Below are positions 61,601 through 64,000 of a stretch of DNA of 64,000 nucleotides, piece by piece. Location of the stretch: NCBI RefSeq assembly GCF_025526975.1, contig NW_026515674.1:372001-436000 (forward strand), read 5' to 3'. The number at the start of each line of letters is the position of its first letter. Within the stretch, counting starts at the first letter, position 1. The notes beneath the pieces are model-generated. The model was not told where the DNA came from. It saw nothing but the letters and a program-made list of their open reading frames with translations, and did not search any database. Origin of the DNA: Fimicolochytrium jonesii. Lineage: Eukaryota. The position numbers were made by a program, and so were the translations under genes.

Positions 61601-61875
61601 TTTGGGCGTTGAACTTACCGGGCTGATTCATTCCCTGTTCACGCGTCAGATTGGACGAAGCGGTCGCACGGCAGGAAAGGCCACGGGTACGCCGATCGCG
61701 GGATGTGTCGATACCAATCCAAGCGCCAGCCGCAGCGCCGGTCTCTACACAGCAGTCGTCCCACGGCCTGCCAACTAGCTCGGCGCCATCCCGACGACCA
61801 GCCGGAGGAGCGGATATGGCGCCCAGACGGACAGGGGATACCACACTGAAGGTTGCTTGGAAGCCGCCTGGATGA
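58655..61875 (+). CDS. Acidic disordered N-terminus plus long coiled-coil protein (possible centriolar protein)
   Basis: Open frames 58586-59647 and 59655-61394 are joined by an intron near 59575-59644. Extensive E/K/R/Q heptad-rich region. Final exons near 61323-61571 and 61650-61875. The true start is uncertain. Confidence 0.75.
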
Positions 61876-62213
61876 TCCCGCTCAGGCTCTACTAGACTGG
61901 CACAACATGCTTTTGGCGCACCTATCTGTATATAATATCCAAGCGATTCTCATCGCTGTCTCCGATGGTTTGTGCATCCGAAAAATTCCGCAGCTGGGAT
62001 GGATCCTTCATATTCCCATGTCGCAGGAAACTTCCAACGCGAACAACTGCACACTCATCTGGGGGATACCCGAGTGTAGGTCTTTCCAAGTTGAAGATGA
62101 GGACGTGGCAGACGATTTCTTGACCAAATACGCCGTTCTCCAACATACAGCTATGATGTCAGTCCTCCGCCGCATATGTTCAGACCAACGCTGATGCGGC
62201 TAACCCCGACAAT

Positions 62214-63542
<1,329 letters not shown>

Positions 63543-64000
63543 TTAAGCGCTGCTGATGAGTTGCTGTTTGACAGCCCAGTGGAGGTAGCGGGGAGAGCCT
63601 GAGAGCCAGTCTGTTGAGAACGTTCGGAGCCTCATCAAGCCGTGACCTCACACTCCCCACTCGAGCACACGCGCCGGCTTCGTGGAAGTCTCAAAATCAA
63701 CTTCAGCGTTGAGGTCCTCTTCCTGACGGAAGGATTCCCACGAAGCACACACATATCTGCCCAACAAAAGCTTCTGCAAGATGTTGGTGGGAAGTCTGTC
63801 GCCAACGGCAGATTGGAACCTGCTCAATGACAAGTTCTACTGGTACGTGGACGATGACCGTGTACCTCATTCGCTTCATAGCTGTAGGTTCTTACCATCC
63901 GGTGTCAGCAAGCAGGAAGTTTACTCCATGACATGGAGGGGAGTGGACCTTTCCAAGCTTACTGTAGTTGTGGCACCCTTTGGCGGACCGATAGGTATTG

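Overview
Gene-dense eukaryotic DNA, estimated by eye at roughly 50-55% GC, with short (about 60-100 nt) spliceosomal introns. Chitin synthase together with axonemal and ciliary genes (ODAD2/ARMC4, a TTLL tubulin glutamylase) points to a flagellated zoosporic fungus (chytrid-like). The six-frame ORF track is fragmented by introns, so I rebuilt gene models by hand from splice signals. I count about 23 protein-coding genes: a plant-type TBL/PC-esterase (runs off the left edge), a secreted GDSL esterase, EAF1, LYRM5, chitin synthase, a Cys-rich-ectodomain/TM/SH3 protein, an M17 aminopeptidase, ODAD2/ARMC4, Y14/RBM8A, a syntaxin, a YqiA-like hydrolase, TRS65, POP7/Rpp20, RPC2, a ~2150-aa HEAT-like protein, CCS1, DBP6, RTC3, a RhoGEF, a TTLL, a coiled-coil protein and a mitochondrial adenylate kinase. 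I found no tRNA, rRNA, CRISPR array or intact mobile element. The most unusual signals are: (1) a plant-type TBL O-acetyltransferase-like gene next to a secreted esterase and near a chitin synthase and a possible chitin-sensing SH3 receptor; (2) a POP7 N-terminal extension carrying a histone-H3-like ARTK start and a 39/78-bp array of SUMO-consensus repeats, head-to-head with RPC2; (3) a start-less 45-bp-period relic resembling the repeats of virus/phage endonucleases; (4) micro-exons and a GC-AG intron; (5) paired ACGCGT motifs. All family assignments come from motif recognition by eye, not from database searches.
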